From: Azolla caroliniana
Lineage: Eukaryota; Plantae; Polypodiophyta
DNA: 64,000 nt
Reading direction: 5' to 3'
Assembly: GCA_043228905.1 (NCBI GenBank)
Contig: JBHGNT010000003.1
Location: 17,112,001-17,176,000, forward strand
Part shown: in pieces, positions 38,329-50,949 of the stretch
Layout of the letters: each line of letters opens with the position of its first letter
How positions within the stretch are numbered: position 1 is the stretch's first letter
Program-made: the position numbers and the translations under genes
Notes under the pieces: model-generated
The model's input: only the letters and a program-made list of their open reading frames with translations
What the model was told of the DNA's origin: nothing
Databases searched by the model: none

Positions 38329-39076
38329 TGTTGGGAGACAGGTCCCTCCGGATGGGAAGGGAGAAGAACAGTGCTGATGAACAAACTGGGCCGAGGCCGA
38401 AACCGTATGAGGAGGACCCGACTACGGAGAGCTGGATGGTGCAGACCCGGTATGAACCGGATGAGGAGAACCCAGCTACGGAGAGCCGGATGGTGCAGAC
38501 CCGGTATGAACCGGATGAGGAGAACCCGGCTACGGAGAGCCGGATGGTGTAGACCCGGTATGAACCGGATGAGGAGTACCCGGCTACGGAGAGCCGGATG
38601 GTGTAGACCTGGTATGAACCGGATGAAGAGACATATTCGTAAATATGTTTCTGAGAGTCCATCGAGGCTATATTTGTAAATAGCCGAAAAGTCATATTAG
38701 TATAAATATGACTTAGGGCAAACTTTTAGTAAGTGTTGTTGTCATTCTTGTTTTGCACGAGATTAGAGCGCGTAATAGTGTACAGAGAAAGAGAGAGAGA
38801 AAGAGGTCGCTGCCTATGTTGTAACCGCCGCCTGTGGCGAAGATCGTGAGCACAAGGTCGTTGCCTCCGTGAACTCACTGTTTGTACATTCCAACATAGT
38901 GATAGTTTGCAGCTTGTGGGCTGCCGTGGTTTTTCCCTTAGTTTGGGTTTTCCACGTAAACATCCGGCGTACTCTTCTCTTCCATTGTGTCGTTCTTTAT
39001 TTCCCGTTTTCTGTGCATAAATCTAAGCTTGGTTGTGGCCGAGCGTTGCGTATAGGGAGCGTTTCAGTTCCCGTCA
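38329..39076 (+). mobile_element. Solo copia LTR
   Basis: TG...CA; 5-bp TSD TTATT (38324-38328, 39077-39081); homologous to the 2850/7640 LTRs; contains ~4 copies of a 54-bp repeat (38408-38626). Confidence 0.93.
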
Positions 39077-39402
39077 TTATTTGCGTTGCAGTTGATCCAA
39101 ATCGTTGAAGAAAACCACGCGGGTGCGTTGATGAATGCACACACTGACAACAAGATGTTGTGTCAGAACCAAGGATACAAGATAGAGTGATGGAAGAAGG
39201 ATATTAGAGAACACGAGAAGAAAGGAACCAAATACTAAGAGAAGAATGGATGTATTAAGAGAAGAATGGATGTATAAGATAGAGAAAGAAAGAGAATGGA
39301 TACAAGATATGTAATGAGAGCTAAAGACTAGTGTTGATTTGAATTGATTTGAGAATACATGTATGCCCTTATTTATAGGTTCCTATAGAATAGCTTAGAG
39401 AT

Positions 39403-39429
39403 TTCTAGAATGTTCTAGAATGTTCTAGA
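39403..39429. promoter_or_regulatory. Heat-shock element array in LTR U3 (also 50428-50454, 41360-41377, 46566-46578)
   Basis: TTCtaGAAtgTTCtaGAAtgTTC is alternating nGAAn pentamers, ~25 bp upstream of the minus-strand TATA. Confidence 0.65.
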
Positions 39430-41073
39430 CCTAGAATGCTCTAGAATGTTCATTCTAGGACATTCTAGAACACTCTAGAATAATCTAGAGTTTTTACAAT
39501 AATCAATGTAATACAAGAAGTAGCCTTTATTATTTCATATAATAATAAGTTATCTTAATGGTTGAGGTTTTCAAGTATGGATTACAAGGTTCGAGGTTCA
39601 AGTCCGGGTGACGCCATAATGGTCATGTGTTCATGACACTATCCCTCCTTCGAGAACGTCGAGTGGAAGTCGGCGTTAACATTGTTGGGCCGGGCTTGTT
39701 TGGATAGTGACGATGGAAGTCGTTGACCAGAGCTTCAACATTACAAACGTTATCGATGGGTTCCCAAGTGCGATCACTCGGAGGATAGCCAAGCCAATCA
39801 ACTAGATAATAAAGCTTATTGCGCACAATCTTAGAATCGAGAATAGCAGATACCTCGTATTCGGGGCCATCCACAAGTTGTACAGAAGGCGGTGGTGGCA
39901 CGACACAATTAGGAATTAAAGAGGTGTGGCAAGGTTCCAAAAGAGAGCTATGAAAGACAGGGTGAAGCTGCATATGTGTAGGAAGGTTAAGACGAAATGT
40001 TGCATCATTAATCTGCGGCGTGATGACAAAAGGACCTAAGCGTTGATAGTCAAGCTTAGCACACGGTCGGGTAGTCTTGATGTGACGACGAAGCAACCAT
40101 ACACGGTCACCAACCTTAAACGGAGACTTAAGACGATGTCGATCGGCATTGATCTTATGGTGTGCTTGCGCTTTGAAATTCTAAAGATGTGACGATAACT
40201 CAAACTGGATTTGTTGTAGTCGGTGGAGGTGATGCGCCGCACTAGGGTTTCGTGACACCTTGGGAAGATCCAATATACACCATCGAGGGTGGTTGCCGGT
40301 GTAGGCAAAGAAAGGTGTAACTTTGGTAGAAGAGTGGACCGTGTTGTTGTATGCAAACTCGACAAGATGTAAAATATTACTCCAATCATCTTGTTGATAA
40401 CTAATGAAACATCGAAGATATTGCTCGAGCGTTTGATTTGTGCGCTCTGTTTGTTCGTCAGTTTGTGGATGATAAGCCGAAGAGAGTTTGCAAGAGATTT
40501 TGAGGCTTGCTCATAGGTGCTTCCAAAAGTGTGAGATAAATTGAGGACCTCGATCGCTAATAATATCATTTGGGAGACCATGATGGCGAAACACTTCACG
40601 CATAATGAGATCTGCAGTTTCTTCACTATTGATGGTCTTTACACATGGTACAAAATGTGCCATCTTGGTGAACCGATCCACTACTGTTAAAATAGTATCA
40701 AAGCCTTTGGAAGGTGGCAAATCCGTAATGAAATCCATAGAAATAGACTACCATGGCTTGTTGGGAGGGGGTAATGGTTGTAGTAAGCCATAAGGGTGAT
40801 GCCGAGGTATTTTGGCGCGACAGCAGGTGTCACAAGTGCGAACATAATCTTCGACAAATTTTTGCAAGTGAGGCCACCAAAACGAACGTTTCACTAGCTC
40901 AATGGTCTTGGAAATACCAAAATGTCCAGCCATGGGGGCATCATGACAATGCTCCAACACTTGAAGTCGGGGTGATCTGTCGGGGACGTAAAGGAGATTC
41001 TTGTAGAAGAGTAAGCCATCTTGCCACTTGAAGTCCTGATAATGTTGAGATGACCCTGGCAATGTGGAGCAAG

Positions 41074-44000
41074 TGTCAGGAATAGTACTAAAGTAGAGAT
41101 GGAATTAGTACTAAAGAAGATCAATACTATTAGTACTAAGGGGATGGGATTGCGTAAGATTCCCGAGAGAGGAAGTGAGAAGAGGAGAGAGAGAGAGAGA
41201 TAACGAGAATGAGAGAGAGAGAAGGATGATGACAACAACTCTTATATTATGTGAAAAGATAAGTACAAATCGGCTAAGAGGCTTAAGACTGGCGTTGAAC
41301 CAATTTGGTTCGAAACAATGCCTTGTGCCTCCTTTTATAGTGTTTTTAGGAATAATCCTGAAGCTTCTAGAATGTTCTAGAGAGATCTGGAATATACATC
41401 AATTTTATATGCTAAAGTATAAATGAAAATAATATCCTACAAATTACAATTCATAGTCTAATGGTAAGAGCTCGACCCATGTAGCATAAGGTCATGGGTT
41501 CGAGTCTTGCCATATCAAGACACTATCTCCCCCTTAAAGACGACGAGTGGAACGAGTCGGCGCTAATTACGGACCGGGTTTGTCCGGATACTTTCGGTGG
41601 AAATCAGCAAGAAGATCCTGTGCATTGGCAACATGCTCGACGGGTTCTCAAGTACGTTCGCTCGGACTATAACCGAGCCAATCGACCAAGTAATAAAGTT
41701 TGTTGCAAACAAGTTTGGAATTGAGGATGGCAGCAACTTCATACTCCGGGCCGGCGGCGGTGTCACACGATCGGGAATGGTGTTTGCTTTATAAGGTTCA
41801 AGAAGAGAAGAATGGAAAACCGGATGTATCTGAAGCTGCGGAGGGAGATCAAGGCGAAATGTGGCATCATTAATCTTACCCGTAATACGGAAGGGACCGA
41901 GTCGTCGATAATCCAACTTGTCGCACGGTCGAGTAGTCTTGATGTGACGACGTAAGAGCCATACTCGATCTCCGATGGCAAAAGAGGAGAGAATCCGATG
42001 ACGATCCGCATAAGTCTTCTGTGTGTGTTGAGCATGACGAAGGTGAGTAGAGAGATCCATCTGGATCTTGCGTAGCCTCTCCAAATGATCCTCGGCATGA
42101 GGGTTGATAGGTAGCTCCGGGGTGTCGATCACCGATCAACGAGGATGGAAACCGGTATAAGCGAAAAATGGGGAGACTCTAATCGAGGAGTGAATAGCAT
42201 TATTATACGCAAACTCCGCAAAGTGGAGAATCTCGGCCCAATCGTCTTGTTGATAACTCAGGAAACACCGGAGATATTGCTCCAGCGTTTGGTTTGTTCG
42301 TTCCGCCTGCCCGTTGGTCTGAGGATGGTAGCCGGAGGAGAGATTGCAGGAGACCTTGAGCATCTTGAAGAGATGTTGCCAAAATTTGGAGACAAATTGC
42401 GGTTCTCGGTCACTGATGATACTGTCTGGGAGGCCATGATGCCGAAATACCTCACGCATAACAAGGGCGGCAGTTTCCTCGCTAGTGATGGCTTTAGTAC
42501 ACGGCACAAAATGTGCCATCTTCGTATATCAATCAACGACGGTTAGGATAGCATCGAACCCCTTCAAGACCGGTAGATCTGTGATAAAATCAAGACAAAT
42601 AGATTGCCACGGCTTACTTGGAATCGGTAAGGGTTCCAACAAGCCATATGGATGGTGTCGTGGCATCTTTGCTCGGCAGCAAGCATCACAGGTCCGAACG
42701 TAGTCGTCGACAAAATGGCGCATGTGGGGCCACCAAAAAGATCATTGCACTACCTCCAACGTCTTAGTACTATCGAAATGTCCCGCCATATGGGTGTCGT
42801 GACAATGCTGGACAATTTGAAGGCGATAGGAGCAATCGGGGACATATACGCACTTTTTAAAGAATAACAAACCATCATGATATTCGAATTGTTGGTAGTC
42901 AATACCTGGTTGTTGAGACCGAGAACAGGATGCCCGAGAAGTATCAATGTGCGCCAGGATGTCTTGAGCAAATCTATCCGTCTTCAAGGTTGCACGTATG
43001 TCATCGTAATCCATGAATCCATCGGGGTGTGAAAAATCCGCATCGTGTGCAATCATGTTTGTCCCAAGATTACTTGCTTTTGATTATCAAATGTTGCATC
43101 ACCAGGACGAGGTGCAAGATATGAATGCCATGATAGTGCATCTGCTTTTCCTTGCCGCTACCCCGGTCGATATGTGATTTTGAAGTCGAAACGCGTGAGA
43201 AATTGCGCCCACCGAGCTTGTCGTCAATTTAGTACGCGAGCGTTCTGAAAATAAGTAAGATTTTTATGATTGCTAAAGACAATGACCTTATGTGGAGAGC
43301 CCTCTAAGAAATGCCGCCATTGTACAAATGAATCCACGATGGCTAATAACTCCTTATCATGTATTTCGTAGTTGATTTCTGCGACATCGAATTTGCGCGA
43401 ATGGAAAGCCACCGGATGCAACTCTTCTTTATCTCCTTGTTGAGAAAGGATGCTACCGAGTGCGAAATCTGATGTGTCGGCCTCCATGATGAATGGTTTG
43501 CTTGTATCCACATGAGCTAGAATCGGTGCTGATGTAAAGGCTTTCTTAAGATGCCGAAAAGCCATATCTGCTTCTATGAACCAAAGAAATGTTTGGCCCT
43601 TCTTCGTAAGTTGTGTGAGAGGTAAAATAATATTCGAGTAATCCTGTATAAACTTACGGTAGAAGTTAGCAAAACCTAGAAAACATTGTACATCTCGTAC
43701 CGACCGTGGAATTTGCCACTCTAGTATAGTTTGGATTTTAGCTGGATCCATGGCGATGCCCTTTGAGGAGATGACGTAGCCTAGAAATTCCACTTGCTTG
43801 CAGTCAAAGCTACATTTTTCTAGCTTGGCATAAAGACCATTCTCGCGGAGTCGCTTTAGTACTAATAATACATGAGAATCGTGCTCTTCCTGGGTCTTCG
43901 AATAAATCAATAGATCATCCAGATAAATGATCAAATAGATATCCAAGAGGTCTCTGAATATATCATTTGCCATGTGTTGGAAGACTGCGGGTGTATTGGT

Positions 44001-46723
44001 TATACCGAACGACATAACAGTATATTCGAAGTGCCCATACCGCGTGCGAAAGGCGGTCTTCCATTCATCTCCCGGTCGGATCCGCACGAGGTTATACGCT
44101 CCTTGTAGGTCGATTTTAGTAAAAAACTTGGCACCATTAACTCGCTCTAAAAGACTTGATATAAGAGGAGGTGCATACCTATTCTGGATGGTGACTTTAT
44201 TCAATCCGCGGTAATCAACGACAAGACGAAGTGAGCCATCTTTCTTTTTGACAAAGAAGATGGGTGCACCGGCCGAAGATTTCGAATGACGGATGAACCC
44301 ACTTGCCAAGTTCTCCTCTATGTAGGCTCGAAGGACTTCTAACTCGGTGGGTGACAAGTTGTAAATTGGTCCCCATGGTGGCTCGGTTCCTGGTTGTAAA
44401 TCGATGGGACAATTATAGGGACAATGATGAGGAAGGGTACCGGCTTTTACCTTGTCAAATACATCGGCATAAGGATGATATTTTGCTGGAAGTTGTACTG
44501 AGGAGTCCTTCTTAATAGTGCTGGAAGGATGTACTGATATTGCAAATAGGAACATTGCCTCCTTGGGTCCTTCTTCGCGTAGTTGATGGAGTGAAATGGT
44601 CGAAACTTGGTGAGTTGATTCTTGGGGTGGTCGATATCGGACTTCTCTTGTTCTCCAATCTATGGCTGGATTATGTAATTCAAACCAAGGTAATCCTAGG
44701 ACAATGGGATGCTCTAGACTACTAATTATATTAAATGATATTACACACACAAAACTACCTAGGAAAACTTGAATGGGTTCTGATTCTTCTACAATATTCC
44801 CAGAAGCAATGGGATGACCATCAATGACTACTACAGATGCGGGACAAGGAAGTTTTCTTAAGGATATCTGAGAAGCTTGGGCAAAATTTCGATCCATGAA
44901 ACAAGAATTAGCTTCGGAATCTAAAAGTGCTAGGACGGGTACTGGGGGAGTACTTTTAGTACTAACAATGACTTGGGCTAGGAACACATTGCTAACTTGC
45001 TTGGAAGGAATGGAACCACTAATGGGCTATACAGATCTAGGGCTGCTGTCCAACCAAATGGCTCCTATTTTGGCTGGACTCAATCGTTTAACTCTTCATC
45101 TAATTGACTAAGGATTTCAAATTTATTTGAGATACTTGGGCTATTAGTACTATGAATACTATCAAACACTCTATTAGTACTATTAATACTATCAGACACT
45201 CCTAAGGGAAGAATTGACTCGGGTTTAGTACAGGCTACAATTTGATTTACCTGTCTTCTTGGCCTACGGGGACAATTGATTGCGATATGCCTTGGTCCAC
45301 CACAATAAAGACATAATCGATTTGCACGTCGTCGTTGCTTTTCTTCTTCCGATAACGGGCTGCGTCGACGCATGGTATCGATATCCATCGGTGTCGAAGT
45401 ATTTGCTTGAGGTATGTCTCGTGCAAACGGTTTAGCCGCGACTGCGGCGTAAGTGGGCTCCGGCCTAGTGCGTGGTATCTGTAATTGACGTTCCGAACGC
45501 CGTTCGAAAAGGCGGTTGTCACATCGGACCGCTCGACTGATTGCCTCCGTAAGAGACTTTGGTTCTTCGGGGAAAGTTAGAAGTAGATCTTTGACATCGT
45601 TTCGCAGGCCATAGCGAAAATGCCTCATTAGTGCTTGATCATCCCAGGGTATGTCTGAAGCGAGTAGGCGGAAATCTGCCGCGTAAGCAGAGGCTGGACG
45701 ATCGCCTTGACGCAATCTTCGGATCTTGTTGATCGTCGTCCTGATGCTGTCGGTGCCTCCAAAGCAGGCTTTGAACTCACTAATAAAATCTTCAAAGTTA
45801 TTAAGCAAGGGCGATTGTTTTTCTAGAAGCGGAGCGAACCATGCTAAGGCTGAGCCGCTAAGCAATGTGCCTATTAAGCCGACTCAAGATGCATCAGTGG
45901 GGTATCGGGAAGGATGCATTTGGAGGACTAATCGTACCTGATTAAGGAATCCCCTGAATTGCGATCGCGTTCCATCAAATTTCACAGGAAGTCCAATTTT
46001 CGGCTCTTTATGAAATCCTTGGGGACTTGATCCTTGTTGTTGCAATGCCGCTTCGAGTTGTTGCACCCGTAACGCTAACTCCCCATGCTGTTGCTGCGTT
46101 TGTTGCTTTTCTAGAGCGATTTGTTGCAGATCCCCTATCAGCCGCTGGTTTTCTTGTTCCAAGGCAACAAATTTTTCTTTTAAGCACTGTAGCTCGGAGA
46201 AAACGGATTGATATTCTTGGGCGCTAACAGTAGCCATAGTATAGGGAAAAGGGTAGGAGGAGGAAAATTGGTTCAAACTTTCAAGAATAGTACTAAAGCA
46301 GAGATGGAGTTAGTACTAAAGAAGAGCAGTACTATTAGTACTAAGGGGACGGGACTGCGTAAGATTCCCGAGAGAGGAAGTGAGAAGAGGAGAGAGAGAG
46401 ATAACGAGAATGAGAGAGAGAGAGGGATGATGACAACAACTCTTATATTATGTGAAAAGATAAGTACAAATCGGCTAAGAGGCTTAAGACTGGCGTTGAA
46501 CCAATTTGGTTCAAAACAATGACTTGTGCCTCCTTTTATAGTGTTTTTAGGAATAATCCTAAAGCTTCTAGAATGTTCCAGAGAGATTTGGAATATACAT
46601 CAATTTTCTATGATAAAACATAAATGAAAATAATATCCTACAAATTACAATTCATAGTCTAATGGTAAGAGCTCGACCCATGTAGCATAAGGTCATGGGT
46701 TCGAGTCTTGCCATATCATGACA
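41074..46723 (-). mobile_element. Tcn1-like chromovirus B nested in element A
   Basis: LTRs 41074-41522 and 46279-46723; TSD GCAAG (41069-41073, 46724-46728); gag with CLYCGGPRHIAINC, PR (LLDSEA), RT (YLDD), INT (GHF..CDAC, YHPQTNGQAER), GPF motif, chromodomain remnant. Confidence 0.97.
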
Positions 46724-49700
46724 GCAAGATGGATGACTTGAACCATAGTGGGCTAAGACATCCTTAGCAAAATCATCCGAACGAAGTTGTTGCCGAATAG
46801 TGTCAAGAAGGGTAGAATCAAGTGGCGTGGCATAAATTGTTGTTACTTGTATAGCTTTGATGGCCCGAGGAGAGTTTGCTTTTGATTGTCAAAGGCCGGA
46901 TCTCCAGGTCGAAGTGCTAGATATGAACGCCGAGACAAAGCATCTGCTTTCCCTTGTTGTTTACCGGGGCGAAAAATGATCTTGAAATCGAAATGCGTTA
47001 GAAATTGGGCCCACCGAGCTTGTCGTCTATTTAATACTCGAGCTGTTTGAAAATATGTGAGATTTTTGTGATCACTATAAATGATAATCTGATGAGGTGA
47101 TCCTTCTAGAAAATGACGCCATTGCTCGAATGAGTCGACCATAGCTAGTAGCTCCTTGTCATGCACCTCATAGTTTATCTCCAAAACAGTAAATTTTCTC
47201 GAGTGAAACACGATTGGATGTGTTTTCCCGTCCTCGCTTGGTTGCGATAGGATACTCCCCAATGCAAAGTCTGATGCATCCGCCTCAATAGTAAATGGCT
47301 TTTCAAGATCAATATGTGCTAGGATGGGTGCTGATGTGAATGCCTCTTTCAGCTGCGTAAAAGCCTTGTCCGCTTCGATACTCCAAAACAATGCTTGATT
47401 TTTCTTGGTGAGTTGAGTAAGGGGCAACACAATGCTTGAATAATTATGTATGAATTTGCGATAGAAGTTCGCAAATCCGAGGAAACACTGGACATCCCGA
47501 ACTGAGCATGGGGGTTTCCATTCCAATATTGTTTGGACTTTTGCCGGGTCCATGAAAACACCCTGGGATGAAATAGTGTATCCCAAAAATTCGACTTGTT
47601 TGCAATCAAAACTGCATTTCTCAAGTTTGGCATAAAGACCATACTTCCTTAGGCGTTCAAGTACTTGCCTCACATGTATATCATGCTCCCCTTGTGTTTT
47701 AGAGTAAATCAATAGATCATCTAAGTAGATGATTAGAAAAATATCCAAGAAATCCCGGAAGATGTCATTTGCCATATGTTGGAATACTGCAGATGCATTT
47801 GTGAGCCTGAAAGGCATGACTATATACTCGAAATGACCATACCGAGCACGAAATGCGTTTTTCCACTCATCTCCCGGCCGAATTCGAACAAGATTATATG
47901 CACCCCTTAGATCAATTTTGGTAAAATGCTTTGCCCCACCAATGCGTTCTAAGAGATTGGAGATTAAAGGTAAAGCATACCTATTCCTTATGGTGACTTT
48001 ATTTAAGCCTCAATAGTCCACAACCAAACGAAGGGAGCCGTCCTTTTTCTTCACAAAAAAGATAGGAGCACCAACTGGAGACTTTGAATGTCGAATAAAC
48101 CCATGTGCAAGATTTTCCTTGATGTATTCTCGAAGAACCTCAAGCTCAGTGGGTGATAAATTGTAAATCGGACCCCACGGTGGCTCTTTTCCTGGTTGGA
48201 GATCAATAGGATAGTTGTACGACTGATGCTTTGGAAGAACACTAGCTTTGACTTTGTCGAAAACATTAGCATAGTCTTGATATTTTTTGGGAATTTGTAT
48301 GTCTGAATTCCCTTGAGTGACACTAGAAGGTGTCACTGATACTGCAAATAAGAAAAGGTCCTCCTTGCCTCCCACTTGGTGTAATTGTTGCAATGTGATG
48401 GCTGAAATTTGATGAGAAGGATATGGTGCATCGGTAGAACTATATACTTTAGGAGGATAATCCCGAGTTCGATCCTTGACAATGATATTTTCTGCTAAAG
48501 GGCACCTAATTTCTCGCTTCCTCCAATCGATTCTAGGGTTATGTAGCTCGAACCATGGCAAACCGAGGACAATTGGATGCTTAGGACTACGGATTATGTT
48601 AAAGGAAACTACACATCCTAAATCACCCAAGAGTATGTGTATTGGCTCAGACTCTTCAAATATCTTCCCGGAAGCTATGGGGCGTCCATCAATCACTACT
48701 ACGGAAACTGGACAAGGAAGTGTATGCAAGGATATTTGGTGTTTTTGGGCAAAATCTCTATCCATGAAACAAGAATTGGCTCTAGTATCTAAGAGGGCTT
48801 GGACTTGAAGTTGACAACTAGGTGTCCTAACTTGTACTAGGGCTGAGAAGACTCTACTAACATGCTTGGAAGAAATGGAACCCACACTAGGTTGTACATA
48901 TCTAGGGTTGTCCAACCAAATGGCTCCTATTTTGGCCGGACTTATTCGTTTGACTCCTCTTCTAATTGGCTTAGGACTTCAAATTTATTGGACAAGGGTG
49001 GATTATTCATAATATTAGATTCACTAACTACTTCTAAAATGTTGGACTCATTTTTATTGTCATAGTGAATTTGATTTACCTGACGTCTCGGCCTACGGGA
49101 GCAATGAATGGCTATATGTCATGGACCTCCGCAATATAAGCATAGATGGTTTGCTCAACGACGTTTCTTCTCTTCGTTTGACAACGGTCCTCGTCGTTGA
49201 GTCATATCGATCTCCATGGGTGTAGGACTATCCATTGGGACTGGACTACGTGTTTGCCTTGGAGTTGGAGTAGGGCTATACATTTGCCTTGGGGATGATT
49301 GCGTCGCTACTGATGCATAAGTTGGTGTGAATCTTGATCTTGTTATTTGTTGTTGTCGCTCACATCGACGCTCAAAAAGGCGATTATCACACCGTATTGC
49401 TCGACTAATAGCTTCTGTAAGTGACCTTGGATCCTCGGGGAAGGTAAGAAGTAAGTCTTTGACATCACTACGAAGGCCTGAACGGAATTGCTCCATTAGG
49501 GCTTGTTCATCCCAAGGAATATAGCTTGCGATGAGACGGAAATTGGCAGCATATGTCGAAGCTGGTTGATCACCTTGACGAAGTGTACGAATCTTGTTGA
49601 TAGCTGTTCTCGCCCCATCAGTATCTCCGAAACAAGCCTTAAATTCCTTGATAAATTCCTCGAAATTATTCAGTAGAGGAGAATTGGTCTCTAGCAATGG

Positions 49701-50130
49701 AGCAAACCATGACAACGCTATGCCAGTCAATAAGGTGCCCACTAGCCCGACTCGTGATGCATATGTTAGATAACGCGTGGGATGCATTTGAATCACCAAC
49801 CGTACTTGATTCAAAAAACCTCAGAAATGCGCCCTCGACCCATCAAATTTAGTTGGGAGGCTAATTTTGGGCTCCTTGATAAGTCCCTGACCTTCAACCC
49901 TTTGTTGTTGTAACACTACGATTGTCGACTCTAATTGTTGCACTCGTCGCGTGAACTCCTCTTGTTGTTGTTGCTTCTCTATAGTAACCTTTTGTAGATC
50001 CCCAAGTAGACGTTGATTCTCTACTTCAAGAGATGCGAACTTGGATTTAAGGTTCTCCATTTCTGCAACAAGGGTGAGATATTCTTCTGAATTAATGGCA
50101 GCCATGGTTTTAGGATGGTTACAAAGGAGG

Positions 50131-50176
<46 letters not shown>

Positions 50177-50949
50177 GAATCAAACTGTCAGAACCAAGGA
50201 TACAAGATAGAGGGATGGAAGAAGGATATTAGAGAACACGAGAAGAAAGGAACCAAATACTAAGAGAAGAATGGATGTATTAAGAGAAGAATGGATGTAT
50301 AAGATAGAGAAAGAAAGAGAATGGATACAAGATATGTAATGAGAGCTAAAGACTGGTGTTGATTCAAATTGATTTGAGAATACATGTATGCCCTTATTTA
50401 TAGGTTCCTATAGAATAGCTTAGAGATTTCTAGAATGTTCTAGAATGTTCTAGACCTAGAATGCTCTAGGACATTCTAGAACACTCTAGAATAATCTAGA
50501 GTTTTTACAATAATCAATGTAATACAAGAAGTAGCTTTTATTGTTTCATATAACAATAAGTTATCTTAATGGTTGAGGTTTTCAAGTATGGATTACAAGG
50601 TTCGAGGTTCAAGTCCGGGTGACGCCATAATGGTCATGTGTTTATGACATGTTGTACAAGAAGGCAGATTGGCCACGTGGTCACGGAGGACGAGGCGGGT
50701 CAACATGTAGTGCAGGAGGCTGACAAGAGCAGGACCAAAGGCACAAAAGTGGTGCCGACAACAGTTCTGAACCCTCCATGAGCATGGGGAGTCAAGGCAG
50801 TGTGGAACTCGGCAATGAAAGGCTACAACAGATTGTTGGTACTATGGACGGAAGGGACACACACAGAGCGAGTGTTGGAAGAAGCACGCTTATTCGGATA
50901 GAGCAAGATTGAGCCGGGGGGACGCTATCGTGAAGAATTCCGGCTACTA

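Larger units (their letters stand above)
39161..50649 (-). mobile_element. Tcn1-like chromovirus (Ty3/gypsy) A, interrupted by element B
   Basis: LTRs 39161-39638 and 50186-50649; TSD TGTTG (39156-39160, 50650-50654); PPT rc 39639-39650; gag, PR (LLDTRA), RT (YLDD), RH (DASD), INT, and chromodomain EYEVSAILDS..YLVDWLGY..TWEP. Confidence 0.97.

Noticed and set aside
38408-38626. Regular repeat resembling a CRISPR array
   Set aside because: 54-bp units are contiguous with no unique spacers, lie inside a solo LTR, and the DNA is eukaryotic with no cas genes
39544-39616. Intact tRNA gene inside the LTR
   Set aside because: Acceptor and T stems do not pair; only A/B boxes and their spacing are retained, so it is reported as a promoter-like cassette
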